Shown one piece after another: positions 49,062-59,566 of a stretch of 64,000 nucleotides of DNA. Each line of letters begins with the position of its first letter. The stretch's first letter is position 1. The DNA comes from a virus: IMG/VR virus record IMGVR_UViG_3300022926_000006, positions 18,084 to 82,083 of that record, one strand, 5' to 3'. A program made the position numbers and the translations under genes. The notes beneath the pieces were generated by a model, which worked only from the letters and a program-made list of their open reading frames with translations, did not search any database and was not told where the DNA came from.

Positions 49062-49223
49062 CTATCTCCTGTATTTTATATAATTGTTATAGTACGCAAG
49101 CGCATCATCGTCTTGTAGATGTTTCGTATCATTAGAAAATTCAGTTCTAATAAAACGAATAATGTCCGAGTTTGGATTTGATCCTACTAATGTATTGAAT
49201 AAATTTTTGAACAAGTTCTTCAT
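49062..49223 (-). CDS. Small hypothetical protein
   Basis: Likely start MKNLFKNLF; IRFIRTEF motif. Confidence 0.5.
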   Translation of the reverse strand: MKNLFKNLFNTLVGSNPNSDIIRFIRTEFSNDTKHLQDDDALAYYNNYIKYRR

Positions 49224-49417
49224 GCTATTAACCTTAAACGCCCGCACCACTTTTGACTTGACCCCTTGGCACAAGTCATATATACTAGTGTATAGTGTGA
49301 TGATGTTGTACAGTATTGCACTGCACAAATCTATTTATACAAGAGACTATAAAAAAGGTCAATAGTATTGATGTTTTTTTAGAATAACACATGTGACAAA
49401 AACGCACAAGTAACATA

Positions 49418-50089
49418 ATGGAGCATATAATGAAAGTAAAGTTGATTTCATATTCACAACCACCACTCGGTGACATTGAAGGTTTAGATGATGTACAAGA
49501 CTTAATCGCTTATTGCGCGAGAGTATCAAACCCTAGCGGACAGATGAACTCCGCAACATCTAAAAAACTTCTATCATATCTAGCAAAGCATAGTCATTGG
49601 TCACCTTTTGAGATGGTGTCTGCTTGTTTAGAAATTGAGACTACAAGAGATATCGCAAGACAAATTCTAAGACATCGTTCATTCAGTTTTCAAGAGTTTA
49701 GTCAACGGTATGCTAATCCAACAGAAGATTTAGAGTTTGTAATTAGAGAAGCGAGATTGCAAGATGAAAAAAATAGACAAAACAGCATCGCCACAGAGGA
49801 TGAAATTCTACAAGAAGCATGGGCGGCAAGACAAAGAGGTGTTATTGATGAAGCAAATAGTGCTTATCAATGGGCAATCGAAAACGGTATTGCTAAAGAG
49901 CAAGCAAGAGCAGTCTTACCAGAAGGTAATACTATGTCACGTTTGTACATGAATGGTACACTTCGTTCTTGGATGCATTACATTGAACTTCGTGCCGCTA
50001 ACGGAACACAGTTAGAGCATATTGAAATTGCGAAAGCATGTGCGGAAGTGATTGCAGGCATATTTCCACTTGCAGAGGACCTTGTATGA
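49418..50089 (+). CDS. thyX: Flavin-dependent thymidylate synthase ThyX
   Basis: ARVS, HWSPFE, QILRHRSFSFQEFSQRY, KEQAR.VLP, GTLRSW.HY..LR, Q.EH. Confidence 0.96.
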   Translation: MEHIMKVKLISYSQPPLGDIEGLDDVQDLIAYCARVSNPSGQMNSATSKKLLSYLAKHSHWSPFEMVSACLEIETTRDIARQILRHRSFSFQEFSQRYANPTEDLEFVIREARLQDEKNRQNSIATEDEILQEAWAARQRGVIDEANSAYQWAIENGIAKEQARAVLPEGNTMSRLYMNGTLRSWMHYIELRAANGTQLEHIEIAKACAEVIAGIFPLAEDLV

Positions 50090-50694
50090 TATATGATTTG
50101 TTTCCAACACCTATTGGTGTATATGATGTGTCCGCAGAATTGGACTTTAAAGACTTATATCACCGAATAAAAAATCTTAAAGTATATCAACATGACTTGA
50201 TTGAGGGTCCCGGTGGTAGTAGTTATGGATCAGGTTTCCGACTAGGTGAAGTGGATTCGCCAGAGTTATTTGATTTACCAAACTTCAATGATGTTAATGA
50301 AGTCTGCATGAAAACTATTAGAAAATATTGTAGACACACTGGACTTAGGTCGAACTTAGAATACACATTCAGTTGGTTTAACATTAATGAAAAAGGAACA
50401 CCAACAAATCCACACAGACACAATATGTCTGCACTTAGCGGTGCGTTATATGTAAAAGCAGATGATACTGCACAACCGATTATGTTTAACAATCCAACTA
50501 ATATCTATCGTCAATATGAAATGACTGAAAACAATAGCACACTTCAAGGTTACTGGCATCAGGATGCGGCAGTACAATCTAGAACTGGACTGCTTGTTAT
50601 CTTCCCTTCATGGTTGGAACATCTCGTACCTAAAGGTTCAGAGACAGATAATGAGCGGATAGTTATAAGTTTCAATACAAAATATCCACATTAA
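50086..50694 (+). CDS. 2OG-Fe(II) oxygenase-like protein
   Basis: LFPTPI, SWFN....H.H...LSG.LY, IFPSWL.H.V, R.VISFN; start by ATGA overlap with thyX. Confidence 0.82.
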   Translation: MIYDLFPTPIGVYDVSAELDFKDLYHRIKNLKVYQHDLIEGPGGSSYGSGFRLGEVDSPELFDLPNFNDVNEVCMKTIRKYCRHTGLRSNLEYTFSWFNINEKGTPTNPHRHNMSALSGALYVKADDTAQPIMFNNPTNIYRQYEMTENNSTLQGYWHQDAAVQSRTGLLVIFPSWLEHLVPKGSETDNERIVISFNTKYPH

Positions 50695-50751
50695 ATTAAA
50701 AAAAAATTACAAGTCGTTGTTTTAACACAACATTTATTTTCACTTTTATGA

Positions 50752-50805
50752 GGATTTCTCTTGACATTGTGGCAAACATCTGTTATATTGTATATGTAAG
50801 ATGAG
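50752..50805 (+). promoter_or_regulatory. Early promoter cassette copy 1
   Basis: GGATTTCTC-TTGACA-17-TATATT...AAGATGAG. Confidence 0.8.
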
Positions 50806-50831
50806 ATTGAAACTTAAACGGAGAAAACATT

Positions 50832-51263
50832 ATGGCGTATATTTCACAAGAGACTAAGAAAGAACTTGCTCCTGCTATTAAAGCGGTTGCTAAGAAGTAC
50901 GGTGTCAAAGTTACTATCGGTGTTAACCATCACTCTTCTTTAGTTGTTCGCATCAAAGAAGGTGTGCTTGATTTTATCGGTGCCGCTAATGCTCATAACA
51001 AAGTTGTTGCACAGCGCCGTGGTTATGGTGACCAAGAATTTAGTGTGAGTGACAACTTCAGCATTAATCCTTACCATGATGAGCGTCATTGGACAGATGT
51101 TGGTTTTGAAACTGAAGCAAAGTTTGTTGCTGAAATGGTTGCGGCAATGAAAGGTAACAAGTGGTACGACAACAGTGATGCAATGACTGACTACTTCGAC
51201 ACTGCTTATTACCTTGACCTGAATGTTGGTCGTTGGGATACACCTTACGTTTATACTGCTTAA
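50832..51263 (+). CDS. Conserved early hypothetical protein
   Basis: 143 aa; MAYISQE.K...AP.IK, WYDNSDAMTDYFDTAYY..L.VG.W. Confidence 0.75.
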   Translation: MAYISQETKKELAPAIKAVAKKYGVKVTIGVNHHSSLVVRIKEGVLDFIGAANAHNKVVAQRRGYGDQEFSVSDNFSINPYHDERHWTDVGFETEAKFVAEMVAAMKGNKWYDNSDAMTDYFDTAYYLDLNVGRWDTPYVYTA

Positions 51264-51281
51264 TTGAGGAGACTATATATT

Positions 51282-51569
51282 ATGAATGCAAAATTAACCG
51301 AGGTGCTTAAAGCACTTTCATCAATCGATAACCAGGAAGACTTGAACGTGATTGCTCAAGCATGGAAAAATCAAATGAACATCATTGCGAAATCTCGCAA
51401 GCGTACCGTTGCTAAAGGTATGACCATTGAATGGACCAATCGTGGGTTCACTCAAAAAGGAACAGTTCAAAAAGTTAACCGTACTACTGTTGATGTTATT
51501 GCTACGGGCGCAACTCCGTTCGGTAAGACTGTCACTCGCGTTCCAATGTCGATGATAACTGCAGTTTAG
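51282..51569 (+). CDS. Early hypothetical protein (SH3-like C-terminus)
   Basis: GAGGAG RBS; G.V.KVNRTTV.V......RVP.SM. Confidence 0.65.
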   Translation: MNAKLTEVLKALSSIDNQEDLNVIAQAWKNQMNIIAKSRKRTVAKGMTIEWTNRGFTQKGTVQKVNRTTVDVIATGATPFGKTVTRVPMSMITAV

Positions 51570-51717
51570 GAGGAGGTTTTAATGTTACCTGATTAAAAGG
51601 TTTTATTTGTTTCTGAAAAGGGGACACCCTATATAGCATTCAGATAATGCATAACCGTTGCCACTTCGGTAATAATAGTGGCGAAAGTAAAAAAAAGTTA
51701 TTTACCATAAAAAGTAC

Positions 51718-51746
51718 TTGACTTACACAACAACATATAGTATAGT
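51718..51746 (+). promoter_or_regulatory. Sigma70-type early promoter
   Basis: TTGACT-17-TATAGT. Confidence 0.6.
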
Positions 51747-51772
51747 AACAATTCAATTCGCAGATTTTATAG

Positions 51773-52292
51773 ATGAAGGAGAAAATGATGCGGTACCTGA
51801 AGAAGAACGAAATGAAAATGGATTATCTTCCATCGTACAACTTCAAGGGGTTCATTTATGCACCCACAACTTATGCTGGTCGCGTTTATCACACGGTATA
51901 TAAGAACTACCGATATGTGACAGACCTATCAGGTCCCAATAACGGAGTATTTTCAAAGAAGGAATTTATCGATGCAATCACAAAAGCATTCTTTAGTCGA
52001 TACAACTCACGATAGTTGGACGTTAACTTGCTCGGAAGAAGAAGCGGAAGATGGTTCTCTCGTTTTTCATTTTGATGGATCGGATTCGGAGATGAGTGAG
52101 ATTGTTAGAGTTGGTATGCTATCTGCAATTAAACAGGACAAACTAGAAGTCGCTGACTATCTTGCTCCTAACTTCGATGACCTATCAGAAGAAGAACGAA
52201 TTCAGAATTATTTCTTTGCATTCACTGTAAAGGAAGGTCTGACAAATCTTCTTAAAGACACTGCCGATGAGCAACAGATGAAATTATTTTAA
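51773..52292 (+). other. Two small early hypothetical ORFs (about 51785..52015 and 51972..52292)
   Basis: ORF track; AGGAG RBS before first; starts uncertain. Confidence 0.5.
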
Positions 52293-52311
52293 CTTTTGCC
52301 AAAAAATATGT

Positions 52312-52365
52312 GGATTTCCCTTGACATTTATCTAATAGTTCGTTATAATGTATATACAAGATGAG
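52312..52365 (+). promoter_or_regulatory. Early promoter cassette copy 2
   Basis: GGATTTCCC-TTGACA-17-TATAAT...AAGATGAG. Confidence 0.8.
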
Positions 52366-52384
52366 AAATGAGAGAGATTATATT

Positions 52385-52723
52385 ATGAAACAAGTTACTG
52401 AAACACACATTACCGATTACATTGACTTCATCATGGATGACTATGTTGACTGGTGCGGTCAAGCAAAAATCGGTTCTACCCAAATGAAAGAAACCGAATT
52501 CTTTGCAGAAGAAGGTCGCAACTACATTAAGATTGTTCACTCTAAAATGGGTGGTCAACGTAGCGTTCATTCTTTCATTGTAAAGAAAGCGACTAAGAAG
52601 TTCGTTGAAGGTGATGTACTCATGGCAAAGTCATGGAATGCACCAGCGACAAACTTTGCAAGAGCGACAGTCTTTGATAAAGAAAGTTTCGTTGGTCGTA
52701 TTCGTTGGTCTGGCATCTGTTAA
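52385..52723 (+). CDS. Conserved early hypothetical protein
   Basis: G..YIKI.......SVHSFIV......F..GD.L.A.SW.APA.NFAR. Confidence 0.7.
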   Translation: MKQVTETHITDYIDFIMDDYVDWCGQAKIGSTQMKETEFFAEEGRNYIKIVHSKMGGQRSVHSFIVKKATKKFVEGDVLMAKSWNAPATNFARATVFDKESFVGRIRWSGIC

Positions 52724-52745
52724 GTTAACTATTGGAGATTATATT

Positions 52746-53045
52746 ATGAAAAAAGTTGCAGTTATTCACACCGCATTTGAAAAGACACCTCGCACAGTTG
52801 CATTTGTTGAGGTTGAAGATAACGTAACAGTTGATGATGCACTTGAGTATGCATATCGTTGGACACAGAACATCATGGATAGTTGGTCTAAGAAAGGTCC
52901 CTGTGACGGCAATGAATTTGTTACCGTTGTTGGCGATATGTCTGATGGTTATGGTCTACGTTCTACTTCAGTTGGTGACCAAATATTAGTTGGTACTAAG
53001 AAGTACACCGTAGCACCTTTTGGGTTTGAGGAAATGGTAACATGA
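52746..53045 (+). CDS. Conserved early hypothetical protein
   Basis: GGAG RBS; LEYAYRWTQN...SW, GLRSTSVGD. Confidence 0.7.
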   Translation: MKKVAVIHTAFEKTPRTVAFVEVEDNVTVDDALEYAYRWTQNIMDSWSKKGPCDGNEFVTVVGDMSDGYGLRSTSVGDQILVGTKKYTVAPFGFEEMVT

Positions 53046-54174
53046 TGACCCTTGATGAACTAGATGAATTTTTGCTTGAACTTGAAACTGATGTTGAAAA
53101 GAAAATTGAATGGACACTAACTAATCATGTATCACTTGCAGAAGCAAAGAAATACACCGGTGGTATTCAACTATCAATCAATGGTCTGAAAGAAAAAGTA
53201 CGAGAACTAAAACTGATTGAGGCGTTTAATGATGAGACTGTTTAATGACAAAGCATTCACTTATTTACTGCTTCTCTGTGTGTCATATACTCTTGTAGCA
53301 TGTACTGGTGCAGAACTTGCAATCAATATGTATCAAGACTGTGCGTACAGAAACAATCGCGATGGTCTTTGTATTCCTGGTGTAACACATGTGGCGGAGT
53401 GGTTAGATGCCGGTCAGCAAAAAAACTAAAGCAATCGTTTTGATGCTTTCAACACCTACATCTGCATATGCTAATTGTGTGTATCAGAATGATGTAGAGA
53501 GCAACTGGACTAAAAGCATTCAAAGTGTTTCTAATGTTGACCGTAAGGTGTTTCCTTATGTTGATGATACTCGTAAGTGTGTTATGAAGATGCAAGTCGT
53601 TATAGATGGAGTACCTTATCCTGCAATTGCTGATTATGTATTTGGTCCTGATATGACAGAAAACGCGGCATGTGATAAAGCAACCATCAAAGCAAAGAAA
53701 GAATTGATTGGTAAAGTGTCGCCTGAGATTTTGACTGCAAAGACAAATCAAAAATGTAAAGTTGTTACAAGTGAAACACCTGTTACAACATCTCAACCAA
53801 CAGTACAGCATTTGCCAGTAGGCACTAAGACTGTTGTGAGTAGTAGAGTTATCGATGTACAACCAGTTCTTCGCTCAGGCGACTATGGTGATGGAAGAAA
53901 GTATGTCGTTATCAAAGAGGGTGCGCCAGTATACAAATATGAAGACACTGGTCCTCAGTGGGTAGAGAAGTCTGAACCTACAATCCCGTTTGGTGCTTCT
54001 TTCTTTCTAAACTTTTTATTGAGGTAGATAATGAAATATGTGATTGGATTTTTAATTGGTGCTGTTGTAATTTACAACTATCCAGACTTGATTACAAACA
54101 TAGACCCTATGGGTTGGTTTGTAGATAGTGGTCTTCGTGACCGCGCTGTTGATGTACTAGAAGGAGTGAAATAG
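53042..54174 (+). other. Run of small coupled ORFs: 53042..53245, 53217..53429 (lipoprotein-like), 53407..54027 (exported, Cys-containing), 54031..54174 (47-aa TM peptide)
   Basis: Overlapping starts and stops; LVAC lipobox-like motif in 53217..53429; last ORF translated by hand. Confidence 0.55.
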
Positions 54175-54836
54175 TGAAACAGTATAATATGATGATTATG
54201 GGTGCGGTATGTCTTTCGATGGCGGCGTGTAGTTCAACTAACGTAGCGACAAAGAACATTGCACCTCCAGGTACAGTTGACGTTGCGTCATACGAATATA
54301 AAGCAAGTGCAGTGAAAGACAATGTTGAAGTAATTCCTAAATGGTTTACTGAGTTACCATCAAACGATAAAGCAATCTATGCTGTCGGTACATCAGTAAC
54401 ACCTGACTTGCAATTGTCTGTAGACATGGCAGTACTGAATGCAAAGACAACTCTTGCTGACCGTATCAATGGGCGTGTTCGTAGTCAGACAAAGAACTTT
54501 ATCTCAAAGATTGGTTCTGATGAAACTGATACTGCAATCTTGTCTGAACTTGAAAAGACAACTTCTAATCTTGTAGCAGATGTAGACGTTGCTGGATACA
54601 AAGTATCAGAAAGTAAGATTGTATCAAGCGGCACACAGTATCGTGCATTCGTTCTACTAGAGTATTCTGATTTGCAAGCAAGTAAAATTCTGATGAACCG
54701 TCTGCGTAAAGACCGTATGTTGTTGTCAAAGATTTCTTCAACGAATGCGTTTAAAGAACTTGATGATAAAGTCAATGAAGCAAATGCACAAGTGACTGCA
54801 GAGAATGAAGCAGTAGTAAAGGTACTTACACAATGA
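54174..54836 (+). CDS. Lipoprotein (LPP20-like)
   Basis: Lipobox MAAC, P.WF, IYAVG.....DLQ...D.A...AK..LADRI. Confidence 0.7.
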   Translation: MKQYNMMIMGAVCLSMAACSSTNVATKNIAPPGTVDVASYEYKASAVKDNVEVIPKWFTELPSNDKAIYAVGTSVTPDLQLSVDMAVLNAKTTLADRINGRVRSQTKNFISKIGSDETDTAILSELEKTTSNLVADVDVAGYKVSESKIVSSGTQYRAFVLLEYSDLQASKILMNRLRKDRMLLSKISSTNAFKELDDKVNEANAQVTAENEAVVKVLTQ

Positions 54837-55054
54837 GCAATCAACGACTAGCAAAGTTGCAACGCAAAGCAACATTCAATGATAGTGGTTCTATGTTGCG
54901 TCAAGTTATCAACTTTGCCAAAGAAGCAGAAGAACTGCTAGAGAAGCAAGGTGAAGAAGATGCCGCATTCTACTTTGGTCAATTGAAAGATTGGTTGATT
55001 GACCATCCGACTAAAGCGTTCAGCGAGAAGACCCACAAAATTCTAGGGTTGTAA
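54833..55054 (+). CDS. Hypothetical protein
   Basis: 73 aa; ATGA coupling. Confidence 0.6.
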   Translation: MSNQRLAKLQRKATFNDSGSMLRQVINFAKEAEELLEKQGEEDAAFYFGQLKDWLIDHPTKAFSEKTHKILGL

Positions 55055-55058
55055 GTTT

Positions 55059-55145
55059 GCGCCCGTGGCGGAATAGGTAGACGCAACGGACTTAAAATCC
55101 GTTATCGATTACGGTGTGTGGGTTCGAGTCCCTCCGGGCGCACCA
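55059..55145 (+). tRNA. tRNA-Leu(TAA)
   Basis: GCGCCCG/CGGGCGC acceptor stem, ACGGA-ctTAAaa-TCCGT, long variable arm, GTTCGAG, encoded CCA. Confidence 0.95.
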
Positions 55146-55170
55146 AATATATATTACAAGGAGATGATAA

Positions 55171-55386
55171 ATGTTACACAAGATATCTGATTTATGTGAT
55201 AGGATTGATGCCATAAAGTTTCAAGCAGATAGGTTGCGAGAAGCAAAATATGGTCCAGACAAAAAAAGCGCCGCAGAAATACAAGCACTCATTGATGATA
55301 TTCAATCAATGTGTTATACTGTTGCAAATGACAAATCGAAATACCAGAAGGTGTCTTACTTAGAGGGTGGACAGTTTCAAGAGTAA
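55171..55386 (+). CDS. Hypothetical protein
   Basis: 71 aa; AGGAG RBS; between tRNAs. Confidence 0.6.
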   Translation: MLHKISDLCDRIDAIKFQADRLREAKYGPDKKSAAEIQALIDDIQSMCYTVANDKSKYQKVSYLEGGQFQE

Positions 55387-55392
55387 AAGTAT

Positions 55393-55469
55393 CTGCCCGT
55401 AGTTCAGTTGGATAGAACAACGGATTTCTAATCCGTAGGCCGTGGGTTCGAATCCTACCGGGCAGGCCA
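55393..55469 (+). tRNA. tRNA-Arg(TCT)
   Basis: CTGCCCG/CGGGCAG, ACGGA-ttTCTaa-TCCGT, GTTCGAATC, CCA. Confidence 0.95.
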
Positions 55470-55473
55470 ATTT

Positions 55474-55547
55474 AGGGGAATGGTGTACTGGTATCACGGT
55501 AGTCTCCAAAACTACAGAATGAGGTTCGATTCCTTGTTCCCCTGCCA
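55474..55547 (+). tRNA. tRNA-Trp(CCA)
   Basis: AGGGGAA/TTCCCCT, GTAGT-ctCCAaa-ACTAC, GTTCGATTC, CCA. Confidence 0.93.
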
Positions 55548-55565
55548 AATAGATGAGGACGTAAC

Positions 55566-55883
55566 ATGAGTAATGCATACGGAAAAACAAGGTTCGATTT
55601 AGAACATGCGTTGAATGATATTCGCACAACGGCAACAGACATTCAGACTGTTGCGGATATGATGTACGACAGTACTCTTATCTACAATGAAGACCGAACC
55701 CATACTGTTCTTAGTGGTCTAGCAGAAGTGTTAGAAGCAAAGTGTGAGAAAGCAGATATGATATTCAAAATGCTTTTTGAACTAGATGAATACAATCATC
55801 AGTATTACAAAGATGCTGACGGAACTTTGCGTTGGCGAGATACAGAGCAACCATTAGAGTCCCAACTGTGGGATAAAGTTTAA
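55566..55883 (+). CDS. Hypothetical protein
   Basis: 105 aa; GAGGA RBS. Confidence 0.6.
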   Translation: MSNAYGKTRFDLEHALNDIRTTATDIQTVADMMYDSTLIYNEDRTHTVLSGLAEVLEAKCEKADMIFKMLFELDEYNHQYYKDADGTLRWRDTEQPLESQLWDKV

Positions 55884-55960
55884 CGGAGATTAGCGCAGTC
55901 TGGTAGCGCATCTGCTTTGGGAGCAGAGGGTCGTTGGTTCGAATCCAGCATCTCCGACCA
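55884..55960 (+). tRNA. tRNA-Pro(TGG)
   Basis: CGGAGAT/ATCTCCG, TCTGC-ttTGGga-GCAGA, GTTCGAATC, CCA. Confidence 0.95.
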
Positions 55961-55979
55961 ATATTAAAAAGGAATTATT

Positions 55980-56117
55980 ATGTCACAATGGCATGGTGGT
56001 AAAGGTTCAGGTCGTAGAAAACAAACAGATGACAAATCATATTCTGAAAACTACGACCGTATATTCGGAAAGAAAAAGAAACCTGAACCCAATGATAAAA
56101 AGAAAGTGAAGGAGTGA
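55980..56117 (+). CDS. Small basic protein (GGKGS.RR...NYDRIF), missing from ORF track
   Basis: Translated by hand, 45 aa; AAGGA RBS. Confidence 0.65.
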   Translation: MSQWHGGKGSGRRKQTDDKSYSENYDRIFGKKKKPEPNDKKKVKE

Positions 56118-56118
56118 T

Positions 56119-56697
56119 ATGAAAGAAGTAAACATACAACATGCGTTTGCAGACTTCTTCGTGCATGAAGAAATTTTTATTAACAATGATGATATCTGTA
56201 AATTCATCTACAAGCAAAAAGAAAAGAGTGAAGGTCCTAGTATCTGGTTTGATGGAACAGAACCTGAACTGGCACAGTTCTATGGTGTTGTGCAAACATA
56301 TCTAGATGCAATGCATACTAAGTTATCTTTGTATCCTAAACTAAAGCAAAGAATATTTCAAGCATGGGCAAACATCAATATGAATGAATTTATTTCTGTT
56401 CCTCATAGTCACAGTGAAAGAGCATATGCAGTTATCTCTGGAGTATATTATCCAAAGGCAGATGAGAACTGTCATCCAATTGAGTTTGCATCTAACAATC
56501 GTTCAGTTGAGCATGTGATTTTTCCTGAGGTTATAGACAAAGAGAATGAATTCAATAGTACTCATAAGCGCATCGTACCTACGACAGGAACTCTTTTGTT
56601 ATTTCCTTCTTGGTTAATACACTATGTTGTGCCGGCGGGTACTGCAACAGAAGATAGAATTTCATTAGCATTCAATGCTGACATGGTACCTTTATGA
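56119..56697 (+). CDS. 2OG-Fe(II) oxygenase-like protein
   Basis: WANIN......PH.H, SGVYYP, LFPSWL.H.V, RISLAFN. Confidence 0.85.
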   Translation: MKEVNIQHAFADFFVHEEIFINNDDICKFIYKQKEKSEGPSIWFDGTEPELAQFYGVVQTYLDAMHTKLSLYPKLKQRIFQAWANINMNEFISVPHSHSERAYAVISGVYYPKADENCHPIEFASNNRSVEHVIFPEVIDKENEFNSTHKRIVPTTGTLLLFPSWLIHYVVPAGTATEDRISLAFNADMVPL

Positions 56698-56764
56698 ATT
56701 CAAAAATAATTAAAAAAAATTACAAGTCATTGAAATGCAACAATAAAAAGTTGCATTTTTTTGT

Positions 56765-56818
56765 GGATTTCTCTTGACATTAGTGTAAAAGTAGGGTATA
56801 TTATATAAGTAAGATGAG
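56765..56818 (+). promoter_or_regulatory. Early promoter cassette copy 3
   Basis: GGATTTCTC-TTGACA-17-TATATT...AAGATGAG. Confidence 0.8.
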
Positions 56819-56839
56819 TTGAAAGAGAGAGAAAAAAAA

Positions 56840-59558
56840 ATGATGTTTATTGATGCTGTTGAAAACAAAATGATTGCTGTTTACAAAGACGTTGGTGAGT
56901 GTGTCGGTCACGCTAAGACCGCTAAGATGCTGAAATACATTCTTCAAACTCACAAGATTGAGAACGAGACTTTCTACTACGGAAGCACTATGGACTTCGC
57001 TGATGAAGTAGGGTTCGCCCACTACGATGATGCTAAGAAGATTGTTGATGAGTGTTTCGATATGATTAAATGTGAAATGGTTGCTGAGGAGTTAGCATAA
57101 TGAATATTGTTGAGATGAAAGAAATTGTTGTTGAAGAAGTTGATACTATGTTTCGTGATATGATTGAGACTGGTCAAGGCATCGGTAGCAGTGACATTAG
57201 TGCTTGTATGAATGCTTGTGTTCCTGCTGTGAATGGTCGCTTCGATATTGACATTACTGTAATGCGTGATATGATCCATGAAGCGATTTGTGAATTAGAA
57301 GAAGAGGTAATGGCATAATGATTGATTGTTTTGTAAATGGCAGTGTGAAGTTGTCGAAAGGAACTACCTTGAAAGAATTCATGGAGTTCATGTGGGACTT
57401 GAAAAGTTTTGATGGTCTTAATGTTGTTGACAAGTGGGTAGGGTTTGGCGCACTGCCAGATATCAAACTTGTTCTAGAGAATGGTCATCAGATTAGTTGT
57501 AAGCGATTATGGCAAGAGAGAGTGTAATGAATCCTATGAGAGATTTTGTTGTTGGTGAGTGGGTAGTACTGAAAGGTATTTCTCGCCATGGTAAGCAACG
57601 CATTGACCAACACGGTAAAGAGTGGGAAGTTCGTGATGTAGGAACATTCAACGGCATTCGCTGTATCAGTGTTCTAAGTGAAAGTAAGACTTTCAAACTG
57701 GCGCCTGGACATAAAATACGCGACATGCGTTGGATACATATTAAAGATGATCCAAACTTTGAGGTGATTTAAAATGATTAGTTATACAAAAGAATTTAAT
57801 GATATAAAGTTCACACCATTCTTAGATGGTGTGCAAGCACTTATTGACTATGGTGCATATGAACTATCTGTTGTTAGGCATTCTAGTTCATATGGTAGTG
57901 ACAAAGGACTCTACGAGATTGGTGTCTTTGATAAACTAGCAGGTATGGTTTCTCTTCCTGGTATCACTCTTGCCGGGGATACCATCAAAGGATACTTGAC
58001 AGAAGAAGATGTTTCTGTTATAATGAAGAAAATGGAGACACTATCAACTAATGAAGGAGTCCAAATTGCAATCTAAATATGTTTTGATGATTGACCCAAC
58101 CAATTGCGGATGGGTATATGGGTTTCCTAAAGCACTACCGAAACATGCTGTATCCGGTTCAGGAACAGACTTGTTCATATTGTCAAGTTTTGATTTAACT
58201 AAGTGGGTAGTAGAGCAAGGTTATCCAGAAGAACAGTTTAAATATTATCGATTGTTTGTACAAGAAGTTGATGATATTGACGAGCAGTACCAAGCAACCG
58301 GAAACTTTTTATCAGACTAGCAATAGGAGTCCTCAAATGGATATCAGTCAATTTAGTCTAGTAGTAGAACAGATGCAAACTTGTGCATCACAGAACATCG
58401 ATGGGTTCGATTGCTTTCGTCTTCTACTAGATATGATAGAACAAATGTCACAGAAAGAGATGCCAACAACGGAGTTAATTGAAACATGAAGTCGCCTTGG
58501 ATAAAAAAATACTATAATGATAAGCGTGACTTCATCGTACAAGAACACGAGGTATATGTTCCTGAGAAAAAGTTTGAGTTTACTCCACCTGAGTATGACT
58601 TAAATAAAAAATATGAGGTATCTCTATGTCAAGACACAAACGAACTGACAGGACAAATATCATATCTCTGGATGGAAGAAAGTAAACAGAAGATTATTTC
58701 TCCTAGATTTAATACAATTGAACAAGCACAGTATTGGATGAAAGTACATGATAAGCAATAGACCGCGAGGAATTCCTTCTTCAGCAACACAACATATGAA
58801 TAACGCATTTGCAGAGATAGAGAAATATACCGTTAACTATGTAGATACGCAAGACTTAGTATCTCAATTAATTATTCGTATGGGTGACTGGTTTGAAGAT
58901 CCCGATCCATCTTATGATGAATTCTTTCAAAAGTCAAATCAAGAAAGTCTAGAGATGGTGTTTAATGCACTGCGTAGATGTAACATGGACCAAGCAAAGG
59001 AAAAGTAAATGATTAAACTTATATCTGAAACAGACGATGAGCATAAAGCATACACTGCAGTAGACCGAATTGAGATGACTGTATCTTCAGACGCATCAGT
59101 CGATGAAATGTTAGATGTGTATAAACAATTTCTCAATGCGTGTGGATATCATATAGATGGTTATCTTGAACATGTAAAAGATGATGAAGTAGAAGAGAAT
59201 GACTTTTGTCCTGTCGTGCTTGACTTCACAAAGAAAGAACAAGAAGTATCATGGGAAGTCCCTGCGGATCAGACCGCACATGAAAGTCATGAAGAATTCA
59301 TGAAACGTAAACTGAGAGAGAGTGAAACAAATGACAACTAAGAAATTAGAATTGAAGTTTGCCGATACATTCTTTAATAGTCTAGATGAAAGTAATATGA
59401 CTGAAGAAGAACAGCAAGAACTCATCAACGAGATTGGTCTCATGTTCGAAAGCGGTGAACTCATGTCTAGCGCACATGAACTTGAAGAAGATGAAGTTCC
59501 TGATGAAGTTCGTGACGCATATGAAGAGTATGTACAAAACAATAAAAGTTGGCACTAG
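56840..59558 (+). other. Operon of about 11 small early hypothetical ORFs (56840, 57100, 57318, about 57527, 57774, 58051, about 58337, 58486, 58748, 59009, about 59331)
   Basis: Tightly packed or overlapping + strand ORFs with GGAG/GAGG RBSs; no recognisable domains. Confidence 0.6.
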
Positions 59559-59566
59559 TATAAATA
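59559..59566 (+). promoter_or_regulatory. T4-type late promoter TATAAATA
   Basis: Consensus within the inverted repeat CTAGTA-TAAA-TACTAG. Confidence 0.7.

Noticed and set aside
49255-49290. TGACTTG...CAAGTCA hairpin as a riboswitch
   Set aside because: Coincides with a plausible + strand promoter (TTGACC-17-TATACT) toward thyX; no aptamer consensus recognised
49418-50089. Intron or intein in thyX, phoH or gp32
   Set aside because: All are contiguous and of normal length
55360-55635. 91-aa - strand ORF
   Set aside because: Antisense shadow of the tRNA-Arg and tRNA-Trp genes
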